64,000 bases of DNA from a bacterium (GCA_965218795.1 OZ244653.1:3072001-3136000), one strand, 5' to 3'; shown: positions 10,579 through 20,665, numbered from the stretch's first letter. The notes: a model not told the origin generated them from the sequence alone. Numbers and translations: made by a program.

Positions 10579-11208
10579 GTGAATGGCGCGCCTTGGATTT
10601 TTTTTGAAGTTCTTTCCACGCAGCGGGCTGTCAGGTCCTATCGAGAGGAGCCGGTTCCGGAGGAAATGGTCCAGCGGGTGCTGGAAGCCGCATCGTGTGC
10701 GCCCAGCGGGGGCAATGTGCAGCCCTGGGCGTTCGTTGTCGTCCGGGACCCGGAGACCAAGAAGAGAATCGGCAAACTCTATGCTGAAGCGTGGCGGTGG
10801 TATAAGCGGCGCCGCATCAAGCGGTCGTCGCTGCCGGAGCGCGCCAAGAGGGACGGCGACGCCTTCGCGGGCACGTTGGATCGCGTGCCCGTGCTGATCT
10901 TCGCCTGCCTGGACAGACGTAAGCTCGGGATTCCTTATGACTTGCCGCTGTGGCCCATCACACGAACCACCGCTTACGGTTCCATCTTCCCCGCAGTTCA
11001 GAATCTCCTCCTGACAGCGCGTGCATTGGGCCTCGGTTCCGTCCTGACGACCCTGCACGGCCGGTACGAACGGAAAATCAAAAAGATTCTGGGTCTCCCT
11101 CCGCACGTCCAGACCTGCGCCCTTATCCCCATTGGGTTTCCGGCGGTTCCATTCGGAAAAACCCGCCGAATTCCGACGGGGCGATTCGTCCATTACGATC
11201 AATGGTAG
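10579..11208 (+). CDS. Nitroreductase family protein
   Basis: QRAVRSY, APSGGNVQPW, SIFPAVQNLLLTARALGLGS and LIPIGFP motifs. Confidence 0.9.
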   Translation: MNGAPWIFFEVLSTQRAVRSYREEPVPEEMVQRVLEAASCAPSGGNVQPWAFVVVRDPETKKRIGKLYAEAWRWYKRRRIKRSSLPERAKRDGDAFAGTLDRVPVLIFACLDRRKLGIPYDLPLWPITRTTAYGSIFPAVQNLLLTARALGLGSVLTTLHGRYERKIKKILGLPPHVQTCALIPIGFPAVPFGKTRRIPTGRFVHYDQW

Positions 11209-11640
11209 TCATTCGCTCGGACGCTCATCGGAGGACAATCCAATCAGCCGCTTTTTCAAAGTTCTGCCGGATGCTGGGCGCGGTCGGCGTTGTCGCCATC
11301 CTGATTCTCGGCTTCACACCGGTATCCGCGTACGCTTCCAGACAACTTCAGGTTCCGGAGGATCTTGGCCGCGGCGGACGCGATTGTCGTCCTCGGGTCC
11401 GGTTTGCGGTTGGACATGGTTATGGGTGAAGGCTCGCTGCACCGGGCCATACGGGGAATTGAACTTTACCGAAAAGAGTTTGCGCCGTTTCACGTCTTCA
11501 CGGGCCGGCGGGAAATACGGGAGAATCCGGGGCCGCTGTGCGGTCGGAACTCGCCCAGGCGATGGGAATTTCTCCCGATGGGATCCTCACCGAACCCCTG
11601 TGGAGACGGGCGAATCATGAATCCGGAGTTTCCCGCGTGA
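11202..11640 (+). pseudogene. YdcF/DUF218-family membrane protein, frameshifted and truncated
   Basis: TM segment (VGVVAILILGFTP) in one frame, ADAIVVLGSG...RAIRGIELY in a second, LAQAMGISPDGIL in a third. Confidence 0.6.
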
Positions 11641-11747
11641 CGAATGCGGTAGAATAATCCGGCGGAAAAATGCGGTATGGAATATGAGGCGGTCGGAGCG
11701 GCAAGGCATGCTCTTTGGACCGAAACGAAACAGGAAAGGGTCATCGG

Positions 11748-12407
11748 ATGAATCAATCGACTCGGAAAGCCTCGGCAGGCGTCAGCATCAGCGTTGCCCC
11801 GAATGGACCCCTGCTTGTGAAAGGGGGAGTCCCGCTTCGTGACGCCCAAGGCGAAGGCGTCGAAGCGCCGGCGGCTTATGCGCTCTGCCGTTGCGGCGAG
11901 TCCTCGAGAAAGCCGTTTTGCGACGGAACCCATAACAAGGCCGAATTTACGGGCGAGGAGTCGGCGGATCAGGGACCGATTGAATCCCGCAGGCGGGTTT
12001 ACAAGGGGCAGGGGATCACCATTTACGATGACCGGTCCATCTGCTCCCACGTCGGGATTTGCACGGATGACCTGCCGGACGTTTTTCGACACAAGGAGAG
12101 CACGTTTGTCAATCCGGAGGGCGAAGAAGACATCCAGAAAGCCATCGATGTGATCAAGCGGTGCCCGTCGGGCGCCCTCTGCTGCTCGCTGGACGATTCG
12201 GAGGAGATTGTCGAGGAAGAATGTGATCCGGATATCCAGATTGAAAGGGACGGTCCCTATGATGTGACCGGCCTGGTCGAGCTGAAATCGTCGGAAGGCG
12301 TCTCCTATGAAACCCGGGCGCGGTATACGCTCTGCCGCTGCGGAGGCTCCAAGAATAAGCCCTACTGCGACGGCACCCATTGGCATATCGGGTTCAGGGA
12401 CGGCTAG
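11748..12407 (+). CDS. CDGSH iron-sulfur domain protein (two CDGSH domains flanking a DUF1271-type ferredoxin)
   Basis: LCRCGESSRKPFCDGTH, CSHVGIC...CPSGAL, LCRCGGSKNKPYCDGTH. Confidence 0.9.
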   Translation: MNQSTRKASAGVSISVAPNGPLLVKGGVPLRDAQGEGVEAPAAYALCRCGESSRKPFCDGTHNKAEFTGEESADQGPIESRRRVYKGQGITIYDDRSICSHVGICTDDLPDVFRHKESTFVNPEGEEDIQKAIDVIKRCPSGALCCSLDDSEEIVEEECDPDIQIERDGPYDVTGLVELKSSEGVSYETRARYTLCRCGGSKNKPYCDGTHWHIGFRDG

Positions 12408-12593
12408 ACCGGAAGGCGTGAATCCGAATTCGATCTTCATCGGGCGCTCACGGCCGCATCTGATCGAATGCGATAGAAGGCGAATCTCCAAAGTAGAGAA
12501 GGCTGGACACCTCCCGTATAATCGCTAATGTCTTGTTACGCAAATCGTGGCTTGGCAGATTGCACACGCGAGACGCAAAGGGAGGTTCCCGAG

Positions 12594-13082
12594 ATGGGCT
12601 GGAACGCATTTGTGGTCGCAGTTTTCCTGACCTTGACGTTTCCGGCGACTCTTCCGGCGGTCGGGTCGATGGTTCCCGACCGCGACAAGGAATCGACATA
12701 CGAAAAGGGCCGCAAGCAGGCGGTGAGGAAAAATTGGGAAAAGGCCGCGGACCTCTTCCGGAAGGCCATTGCGGAAAATCCAAAGAATTACAAGGCCTAT
12801 AACATGTACGGCTATGTCCTTCGGAACCTGGGCCGGTACCAAGAATCGCTCGTCGCCTACGATGCCGCTCTTTCCCTGAAGCCGGATTTCGCCCAGGCGT
12901 TGGAGTACCGGGCCATGGCCCACCTTTTGTCCGGAAACCGGGATGCCGCCTTGAAGGATTACAAAACGCTGGTCCGGTTGGGATCTCCCCTGGCGGATCC
13001 CCTGAAAAAGAAAATGGATTTGCACGCGGCCGGAAAACTGAAAGCCGAGGATTCGAACCGGCCTTCCGTCACAAGCTGGTAA
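12594..13082 (+). CDS. Exported tetratricopeptide-repeat protein
   Basis: Signal-peptide-like N-terminus; TPR helices AYNMYGYVLRNLGRYQESLVAYDAALSLKPDFAQA; RBS gggagg. Confidence 0.75.
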   Translation: MGWNAFVVAVFLTLTFPATLPAVGSMVPDRDKESTYEKGRKQAVRKNWEKAADLFRKAIAENPKNYKAYNMYGYVLRNLGRYQESLVAYDAALSLKPDFAQALEYRAMAHLLSGNRDAALKDYKTLVRLGSPLADPLKKKMDLHAAGKLKAEDSNRPSVTSW

Positions 13083-13285
13083 GCAACGCATCCTTCCAAT
13101 GTGCCTCGTTGTCCCGCCCCGGGATATTTTGCGCAGTCTCCGGCCTGATTTCCGCCCGCCTGCTCGGTTTCCTCTGCTTCCAGGTCCATCCGACCTTCTG
13201 AATCGCACTCCCTTCCGGGTTCATCAATTGTCTCTTGCGAGACCCCGCGACCAATCATTTCCTTTGTAAAGAAGCGCCAAAGCGG

Positions 13286-13327
13286 ATGTCACATACCTGT
13301 CACATGAACCGGATGGAACTGTCACAT
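13286..13327 (+). promoter_or_regulatory. Pho boxes (PhoB binding sites)
   Basis: TGTCACAT at 13287, 13298 and 13320 (11-bp periodicity), upstream of the phosphate porin and phoU. Confidence 0.8.
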
Positions 13328-13531
13328 TCGTTCTGTAAAAAATTCAAACGAATCCGTACATGGGTCGCAAAACGTATGCACCAAAGTCGGACGATGGCGA
13401 AAAACCATGCAGGTAAAGCTGTTGATGGGAGAGCCGAAAGGGAGAGATGCAGTTTCGCAAGCTGTCCATAGCGGCTCCATAGGCCACAGCGGGGTTTCAA
13501 ATCCGAGAGGCATCAGTTCATCAAGGGAGGA

Positions 13532-14878
13532 ATGAGTATCGTGAGTCGAAGAGGAATGCTTGGGTCTTTGACAGGCGTCGCGCTCGCGTCGCTCCTGCTG
13601 CTCGTCGCGCATCCCGGGGGCGCATCGGAGTTGCTGGACGTGTTGCGGAAGAAGGACGTGATTTCCCAGCAGGAGTATGACGAGCTCAAGGCGGTGGAGA
13701 AAAAGAGAGAAGCCAAGGTCAGGGAAGAGCTCGAAAAGCGGGCGGAGGGCAACTTCAAGGTCAAGTACAAGCCGGGCGGGGGGGTTCGGATTACTTCCAA
13801 GGACAAACAGCACCAGCTGCGCTTCGGGGTTCAGCTCTTCAGCCAGATGTACATCCCCCCTGATGACAACGCTGATGAAACCTCTGCCTTCCGTCTGCGC
13901 CGGGCCCGGTTCACGATGCGGGGCCACATTTTCAACCACTGGACCTACAAGTTTGAACTGAACGGAACCGAGAAGCGGGTCCTCGATCAGGACGCCTATT
14001 TCGGCTGGGAGCAGTTCAAGCAGCTCAAGGTCCGCGTGGGCCAGCACAAGACCCGGTTCGGCGGCGAGCAGACCTGAAGCCGGTCCAACCTGTTCTTCCT
14101 CGAGCGGTCCCTGATCAACGACAACCTGACCGAGGGGGTTTCTCGGGGGGCTTACGCATATGGGTCTTTGCACCCGATGTTCGGCTACGAGCTGAGCCTC
14201 ACCAAAGGGAACGGAGTTGGAAGCACAGCTGGCGATAACAACGCTGACGACAACAACGACATGGACATCTCGGGCCGGTTCATCTGGAAGCCGACCAAGG
14301 GATCGGCCATGGAAAGGCAACTGCCCATTCAGTTTGTCGGGGGTTTTTCCGTGGGTGAGCAGGAGCATAACAGCAAAGGCGCCCGGACGCGGCTGTTCCT
14401 CCGTGACAACCGGCTGGAGGTCTTCAAAGCCGCCACCGGGGGTCTTCGGCAACGGTACGGCGGAGAGTTCTGGTACAACAAGGATTACAAGACCAAGGGC
14501 GCCCCTCCCATTTCCATTCTGGCCGAGTACATGCACGAGAGGCAGGAGCGCAAAGGCGTCCCGGGCGACCTGGATGACGTCATCCGCAAGGGGTGGCACG
14601 TTCAGGGCGGCTACATGCTGTCGGGCAGCCGGAAGAAGAACGGCTTGGAGTTGGTGGCAAGGGCAGAGTCCTTTGAGGGTGACGACGGAGCCGGAGGTGA
14701 GCAGAAGGTGAACGCCTACGGACTCGGCGTCAGCTACTGGCCGATCGCGGAGACCCGGTTCTCGCTCAACCTGTTCAGGTTCGACATCGACGAGCCGGAG
14801 GACCCCGATAGCTCGGACCCGTTCAAAAACGGGGACGACGCCTGGGCGATTCTCGGAGGCGCATACTTCAAGTTCTAG
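13532..14878 (+). pseudogene. Phosphate-selective porin OprO/OprP family, interrupted by an in-frame TGA at 14075-14077
   Basis: Signal peptide, FRLRRARF, DAYFGW, VRVGQHKTRFGGEQT*SRSNLFFLERS, C-terminal YFKF; both halves are in the same frame. Confidence 0.8.
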
Positions 14879-15124
14879 GGTGGCCGGCCATTGGGCCTCG
14901 ATCCGGAACCTGACCTGCCGTTCGGTCTCGGTGAGCCTCACGCTGTCGAGTCATGAATCGCGCTTATCTCTCATGCGGATACAACGTAAACCGAGCTCGT
15001 CCAACCGTTGCCTCATCCGCAAAGCTATTGTCGCCCGCGCCATTTCATAGGAAGATTGGGAAAGGAATGGAACGGGTCGAATGGACAAGAGGACCCGGGG
15101 CGGCTTTGTCCATGTCGAGAGGGC

Positions 15125-15823
15125 ATGCAATTGGAAGACCGGCTCCATACGGTTTCGGAGTACGAGATCGAGCTGAGCAAGCTCAAAGAGAACTTGCTTC
15201 AGATGGGCGGTCTGGTCGAGGAGCAGATCGGCAACAGCCTGGAAGCCCTGACACAGAGGAATTCCGAGTTGGCCCAATCGGTGATCGGCCGGGACGCCGA
15301 GGTGGACCGCATCGAGCTGGAGATCGATCGCCTCGGTTTTCAGATTTTGACCCTCCGCCAGCCGGTGGGGGTCGACCTGCGGTTTATCGCCACGGCCTTG
15401 AAAATCGTTACGGACCTGGAGCGCATCGGAGACGAAGCCGTCAATATCTCCGAGCGCGTACGAGATCTCAACGAGGAGCCGTCGCTGAAGCCGTACGTCG
15501 ATCTGCCGCGAATGGCCGCCATCGCCCGCCAAATGCTCAAAGAGGCGCTGGACGCTTTCGTGGCGCAGGACATCGACCGCGCCCGGGCCATCCTTCCCCG
15601 GGATGACGATGTGGACCAACTGAACGAACAGCTTTTTCGCGAACTCCTGACGTTCATGCTGGAACGCTCGGCCAACATCTCGCGGTGCCTTCATCTGAGT
15701 TACATCTCCAAACATCTCGAACGGATCGCGGACCACGCCGTCAACATTGCTCAAATGGTTATCTTCCTCATCGAGGGCGAGGACGTGCGCCATCGGGGCG
15801 CGGCCGCCCGGGAAGAAAACTGA
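15125..15823 (+). CDS. phoU: Phosphate signalling complex protein PhoU
   Basis: LLQMGGLVEEQI, RQPVGVDLRFI, DLERIGDEAVNI, LERIADHAVNIAQMVIF. Confidence 0.95.
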   Translation: MQLEDRLHTVSEYEIELSKLKENLLQMGGLVEEQIGNSLEALTQRNSELAQSVIGRDAEVDRIELEIDRLGFQILTLRQPVGVDLRFIATALKIVTDLERIGDEAVNISERVRDLNEEPSLKPYVDLPRMAAIARQMLKEALDAFVAQDIDRARAILPRDDDVDQLNEQLFRELLTFMLERSANISRCLHLSYISKHLERIADHAVNIAQMVIFLIEGEDVRHRGAAAREEN

Positions 15824-15833
15824 GGGGAAGGCT

Positions 15834-15937
15834 TTGGCAGAGACGGTCCTCGTCGTTGAAGATGAAGCCGACATCCTTCAGGTCCTTCAATACAACCTGG
15901 AGGCGAGCGGGTACCATGTCGTAACGGCCACGGCCGG
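15834..15937 (+). pseudogene. phoB: 5' remnant of a PhoB-type response regulator
   Basis: TTG start 10 nt after phoU; TVLVVEDEADILQVLQYNLEASGYHV receiver N-terminus, cut off before the phosphoacceptor Asp. Confidence 0.7.
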
Positions 15938-16127
15938 GACGTCGTCGTGGTGCCCGATTGCTACACTCCGGCCCTGGACCCGACGGTGCCCCCCGGGGAG
16001 CTTGGGCGAGGCCATGGGCATCGACGCCACCCGTCCCTTCGGAAAACCCTTCCCCGAGGTGCCCGTCCACCCTGGGCTGGAAAAGGTTCCGGATTTGCTG
16101 GCGCTGGCGCGGGAAGGCCCGTCATGA
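15938..16127 (+). pseudogene. 3' remnant of a UbiD-family decarboxylase (frameshifted)
   Basis: RDVVVVPDCYTPALDP then MGIDATRPFGKPFP, matching the UbiD C-terminal LDP/GIDAT motifs. Confidence 0.65.
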
Positions 16128-16232
16128 ACCCGCAGTGGACCCGGCGGTGGCGGATCTTGATAGGAGCAAGGTGAGTGGATACCAATCATCGACAACGAGT
16201 TCCGTCGTCTCAATCGTCTATCGAGGTGAAAA

Positions 16233-17324
16233 ATGCGAGAAGGTGCCCTATGGCCTGCACTGACTGGATATTGGCACCCCGTGGCTTTTTCCGAAGATGT
16301 GAACGAAAAGCCGCTGGCCGTCCAGCTGTTGGACGAGCGCGTGGTTGTCTGCCGGCTCGGAAGCGGCGAGGTCCGGGCCTTTCATGACCTGTGCATTCAT
16401 CGAGGGACTCCGCTCTCCCTGGGATGGGTGGAAGGTGAGACGATTGTCTGCGCCTATCACGGCTGGGCGTACGACAAGGAGGGCAAGTGCATCCGCATCC
16501 CTTCGGTCCCCCCGGAGCATCCCATCCCCAAGAAGGCCTGCCTGACCCCTTATCAGGCCGCTGAGCGCTACGGAATCATCTGGGTCTGCTTGGCCGACAA
16601 GCCCCGCGCGCCCATCCCCGACCTGCCCGAGCTGGACGACCCGAGCTACCGCATCTTTTTCCGTCAGAGAAAGCCGTGGCAATGCACGGCGGCCCGGTCC
16701 ATCGAAAACTTCGTGGATTTCGCTCATTTTCCGTGGATCCATGACGGGATCCTGGGCGACCGCAATCAACTCCTGGCGCCGATCGTCGACGTCAGACAGG
16801 ACGGAGAGGAGCTTTGGTTCGAGGCCGACTTCAGCTTCTCGGTAGAGCAGGGGGACCTGAAAGGCGACCCTTCCACCGATAACCGGGATCCGGACCCCTA
16901 TCACCGCACGTACCGGATCTCCCGTCCATTCACCATTGTCCAGTGGATGAGGATGCCGGAGGGCAAGAACGAGGTCTACTATTACCCGTGCACGCCTCAC
17001 TCGGCGAGGGAATCGACGCGTTTTCTGATCGCGGCCCGGAACTACGACTTCGACGCGCCCGAGGTTGTCCATGGACCGATCACGGTGAAGGATGAAGAGA
17101 TGAAGTCGCGCGATGGGGCGCTCGATGGTCGGATCCCGGAGTCTATTCATCTCCTGGACGTGATCTCCGATCAGGACAAGCCGATTGTCGAGAACCAGCG
17201 GCCCGAGGAGCTGCCCTTGGATCTGACCGAGGAGCTCCATGTCCGTGGACCGGATGCCGTCGCCGTGGCTTACCGCCGATTCATGGCGGAGCTCGGGATA
17301 GACATTGACGGCCCCAAGCCGTAG
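16233..17324 (+). CDS. Rieske non-heme iron oxygenase alpha subunit (VanA/NdmA-like demethylase group)
   Basis: DLCIHRG...CAYHGW Rieske ligands; ENFVDFAHFPWIH mononuclear Fe motif; QDKPIVENQRPEELPLD. Confidence 0.9.
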   Translation: MREGALWPALTGYWHPVAFSEDVNEKPLAVQLLDERVVVCRLGSGEVRAFHDLCIHRGTPLSLGWVEGETIVCAYHGWAYDKEGKCIRIPSVPPEHPIPKKACLTPYQAAERYGIIWVCLADKPRAPIPDLPELDDPSYRIFFRQRKPWQCTAARSIENFVDFAHFPWIHDGILGDRNQLLAPIVDVRQDGEELWFEADFSFSVEQGDLKGDPSTDNRDPDPYHRTYRISRPFTIVQWMRMPEGKNEVYYYPCTPHSARESTRFLIAARNYDFDAPEVVHGPITVKDEEMKSRDGALDGRIPESIHLLDVISDQDKPIVENQRPEELPLDLTEELHVRGPDAVAVAYRRFMAELGIDIDGPKP

Positions 17325-17420
17325 GGGCTGGGAAGCCACGAAAATATGAACCCCGCGCCCATGTCTATCTCGTTGCAAGGCCGCGACGGATTCGTTGTTG
17401 ACCGTGAGGAGGGCTTTTGA

Positions 17421-18116
17421 GTGAAAGATGACCTTGCTTTGGCCGAATGGGTGGACCCCTCAAACTCCGCCCTCATCGTCGTGGACGTTCAAAACGACTT
17501 CTGCCATTCCGAAGGGGTTTTCGGCAAAAGAGGGTTTGACATGGGGCCCATTCAGGAGATACTCCCGCGGTTGCGGCGTCTAATGGACGAGGCGCGCGGC
17601 GTCGGGGTATCCGTCATCCTGTTCCAGGTGGTCCATTCGCCGGATTGCAACTGGTCGGCCTATCACCGGCTGGAACGGCTCAAGTCCGGTTCGGCCGACC
17701 CCGGTTCCGACAGGACCCAATCCGGGGCGGGTGGCATGGGTTCGGACCTGGTTGTTGAAGGGACCTGGGGTGCGGAACTATGCGAGGGTTTCGAGCCCCA
17801 GCCCGGAGATATTTTCCTCAAAAAGAATCGGTATGGGGGCTTCACGGGGACGAACCTCGATCTCATCCTCCGGAGCCGGGGCGTCGAGACCATCATCCTG
17901 ACTGGCGTGGCCACGAACGTGTGCGTCGAGAGCACAGCCCGCGAAGGCTTCATGCTGGACTACAACGTCATTATGGTCGATGACGCATGCGCCACCACGA
18001 GCCGTGAGGAACACGAAGCGACGCTCTTGAACTGCCGGAACTATTTCGGGCGGGTTGCAACGGTGGATGAGGTCGTCGCGGCCTGGGCGAAGCGTAGTGT
18101 AGAGGCGAAATCATAG
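17421..18116 (+). CDS. Isochorismatase-family cysteine hydrolase (RutB-like)
   Basis: ALIVVDVQNDF, KKNRYGGF and GVATNVCVESTAR give the D-K-C triad. Confidence 0.9.
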   Translation: MKDDLALAEWVDPSNSALIVVDVQNDFCHSEGVFGKRGFDMGPIQEILPRLRRLMDEARGVGVSVILFQVVHSPDCNWSAYHRLERLKSGSADPGSDRTQSGAGGMGSDLVVEGTWGAELCEGFEPQPGDIFLKKNRYGGFTGTNLDLILRSRGVETIILTGVATNVCVESTAREGFMLDYNVIMVDDACATTSREEHEATLLNCRNYFGRVATVDEVVAAWAKRSVEAKS

Positions 18117-18357
18117 ACCGAGCCCACAGGCGGGATATCCGGGGCCAGGTCTTGAATGATCCGCCGGACTCTCGCCCTGCGTGGCCATCGCGGCGGTCTA
18201 TCCGCCTCGAGAGCCGTTTCTCTGATTCGCTTTGGAGTCTGCCCTTCGTCCTGAGCAGCTTTCGAGATTTCACGTTATTTTTGGTCTCCTGGAGGAGGAA
18301 GGTGTCTTGTTCGTCGTTCAATCCGGGAGGAACATTTCAACGGAAAAGGAGGGGACC

Positions 18358-19359
18358 ATGAACAGTCAAAGGGTGTTGAGGACGTTTTTTGGGTGTTTTC
18401 TGGCTGTTGCATTCGCAGTCGCTTTCACCGCCGGCCCTGCGGCGGCGGCCAAAAAGATCCGCGTCGCCATCGGCAACAACGGCCCACAGAACGACAATGG
18501 CTGGTACGAGGGGGGATATCGGGGGGCGTTGATGCTCAAGAAGGACCCCGGCGTGGCCGAGGTCACCTCCCAGGAGCGCATCAAGAAAGCGGACCTGGAG
18601 CGCTCGCTTCGGCGCTGGGCCCTCGCCGGGTATAACCTCATCTTCGGTCACGGATATGAGTGGGGGGAGCCCATGCGGAAGGTGGCCAAGGATTTCCCCG
18701 ACATCATTTTTGCTGCGGCCGGATTTTATAATACAAAGGGTCACCCCAACCTGGTGACCTACATGGTCCGGTCGCATGAGACGGGCTATCTGGGAGGCGT
18801 CCTCGCCACCCTGATGAGCAAGACCAAGAAGGTCGGCGTCATCGGGGGGTTCCCCATTCCGGGGGTGATATCCGAGCACAACGGCTATATCCTGGGCGCC
18901 CGGAGCGCGGACCCCAACGTCAAGGTCGTGTCCGTCTTCATCAACGACTGGATGGACGTCTCCAAGGCGAAGGAGGCCGCGTTCGCCATGATCGAACAGG
19001 GGGTGGACGTGATTCAGGTGACCTCCAGTCCCATGGGTTTCGGTGGGATCAAGGGCGCCGAGGAAAAAGGCAAGTACGCCATCGGGTGCTTCATGGACCT
19101 GAATCGGATCGCGCCCGACACCGTGATCAGCAGCTCGGTTTTCATCTGGCACGCCGCCATGAAAAAGATCGTCCTCGACATGAAAAAGGGGAAGGTCGAG
19201 AAACTCTACCTGGTGGGCGTTCCGAACGGCGGCGCTGAGCTGGCGCCCTTCAACAAAAAGGTGCCCCCGAAGATCGCGAAGCGGGTCCGAGCGGTTGAAG
19301 CGGACATCAAGAGCGGCAAGATCAAGGTGCCCTACCTGGATCAGAAGATGATCGAATAG
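18358..19359 (+). CDS. BMP-family ABC transporter substrate-binding protein (nucleoside/purine type)
   Basis: Signal peptide; GYNLIFGHGYEW, ETGYLGGVLA...SKTKKVGVIGG, DVSKAKEAA, DIKSGKIKVP. Confidence 0.9.
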   Translation: MNSQRVLRTFFGCFLAVAFAVAFTAGPAAAAKKIRVAIGNNGPQNDNGWYEGGYRGALMLKKDPGVAEVTSQERIKKADLERSLRRWALAGYNLIFGHGYEWGEPMRKVAKDFPDIIFAAAGFYNTKGHPNLVTYMVRSHETGYLGGVLATLMSKTKKVGVIGGFPIPGVISEHNGYILGARSADPNVKVVSVFINDWMDVSKAKEAAFAMIEQGVDVIQVTSSPMGFGGIKGAEEKGKYAIGCFMDLNRIAPDTVISSSVFIWHAAMKKIVLDMKKGKVEKLYLVGVPNGGAELAPFNKKVPPKIAKRVRAVEADIKSGKIKVPYLDQKMIE

Positions 19360-19399
19360 GCCTGCGCCTCTTCCGATCATCTCCGCGCCGCCATTAACA

Positions 19400-19614
19400 A
19401 GGTTGTGCAGTAGCGTGCCGAGGCCGGAGAGGAGGTTATCGAAGGATTCGCGCTCCTCCCGGCCGTCGCCTTCGGTGATGACTGCCTCTCTGGCCAGGAT
19501 CCCGTGTTTCAGCGCGTTGTACCGGACCACGGCCTTGCCTTGGGGCGTCTTGGGACCGGTTGATTTCAGGGAATTTTTGCGGTTCGCCTCGATCTTCGCA
19601 GGTGTGACCTTCAT
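19400..19614 (-). pseudogene. Truncated conserved hypothetical protein (ANRxN...STGPKTPxGK...NALKHG family)
   Basis: MKVTPAKIEANRKNSLKSTGPKTPQGKAVVRYNALKHGIL; after about 70 aa the frame runs into the antisense of the BMP gene. Confidence 0.6.
19479..19566 (+). repeat. 88-bp direct repeat, copy 1 (copy 2 at 20578-20665)
   Basis: Manual alignment gives 83/88 identity. Confidence 0.9.
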
Positions 19615-19869
19615 TGGACCCCTTCCGAATACTTTCGTCTTTATTATGTATAATATGGAGCATGAATGCGGGGAAGTCAAGGAGGAGACGCGCCTCAGCG
19701 TTTTCGCCGTGCTCCGCACGGCACGTAGGAGCCGGGTGGAGCCTGCCCCGACCGAAGCGAGGGATCTCCCGGTCCACTCCACAGGAATCCCTAGTTATTT
19801 CAAGAATCAAGAGTTTTACAGGATTGAGTCTGGTCCCGGTTACGGGCGCGGAAAAAATCATTGTCTGGC

Positions 19870-19887
19870 TGTACCAAAAATGGTACA
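19870..19887 (+). promoter_or_regulatory. Palindrome, putative TA autorepression operator
   Basis: tgtacca-aaaa-tggtaca, 20 nt upstream of the toxin start. Confidence 0.6.
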
Positions 19888-19907
19888 TATCATGCTTGGA
19901 GATACAA

Positions 19908-20279
19908 GTGAAAAAGGTACCTGCCGTCTTTTACAAATCCAGGGTGGGAAACGAACCGGTGCGCGACTGGCTGAAGTCTCTCGCCAAGGAAGACCGGAGG
20001 GCGATTGGGGCGGATATTCAGACGGTAGAGTACGGCTGGCCGGTTGGGATGCCGGTTTGCAAGCCGATGGGTAGCGGTATTTTTGAAGTGCGAACCGATT
20101 TGAAAAACAGAATTGCCAGGGTCCTCTTCTGCGTATTGGGAGACAGAATGCTTTTGCTCCATGGGTTCATCAAGAAGACGAGGCAGACCCCGGATAAGGA
20201 CTTGAAGCTGGCAATTCAGCGAAAGACGGATTTGGAGAAGGAACTTCAGGTAAAAAAGGAGGGTGAAAATGAAAGGTAA
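19908..20279 (+). CDS. Type II toxin, RelE/ParE superfamily (DUF891/Gp49, HigB-like)
   Basis: FYKSRVGNEPVRDWLKSL...GWPVGMP...IFEVR...LLHGFIKKTRQTP. Confidence 0.9.
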   Translation: MKKVPAVFYKSRVGNEPVRDWLKSLAKEDRRAIGADIQTVEYGWPVGMPVCKPMGSGIFEVRTDLKNRIARVLFCVLGDRMLLLHGFIKKTRQTPDKDLKLAIQRKTDLEKELQVKKEGENER

Positions 20280-20580
20280 AACCCATGTTGGTTCCTCTTT
20301 TGATGAGTTTCTCGACGAAGAGGGGATTCTTGCGGAGACCACTGCCATTGCGGTGAAGCGCGTGCTCGCTTGGGAGTTTGAGCAAGCCATGAAGAAAGGG
20401 AAGATCAGCAAAAGAGAGATGGCCCGACGGATGAACACAAGCCGCTCATCCGTGAATCGGTTACTGGACCCCAATGCGCCGTCGATCACCCTTCAAACCA
20501 TGGATAGCGCGGCAAGGGCACTTGGCAAAGAACTGCGTATCGTCCTCAGAGACAAACAGAAGAAAAAGGCGATAGTCTGA
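20269..20580 (+). CDS. HTH (XRE-like) antitoxin
   Basis: HVGSSFDEFLDEEG...AVKRVLAW...MARRMNTSRSSVNRLLDP...TLQTM; overlaps the toxin 3' end. Confidence 0.9.
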   Translation: MKGKTHVGSSFDEFLDEEGILAETTAIAVKRVLAWEFEQAMKKGKISKREMARRMNTSRSSVNRLLDPNAPSITLQTMDSAARALGKELRIVLRDKQKKKAIV

Positions 20581-20665
20581 CCGCCTCTTTGGCCAGGATC
20601 CCGTGTTTCAGCGCGTTGTACCGGACCACGGCCTTGCCTTCGGGCGTCTTGGGAGTGGTTGATTT
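20578..20665 (+). repeat. 88-bp direct repeat, copy 2
   Basis: Begins exactly at the antitoxin stop codon; 83/88 identical to 19479-19566. Confidence 0.9.
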
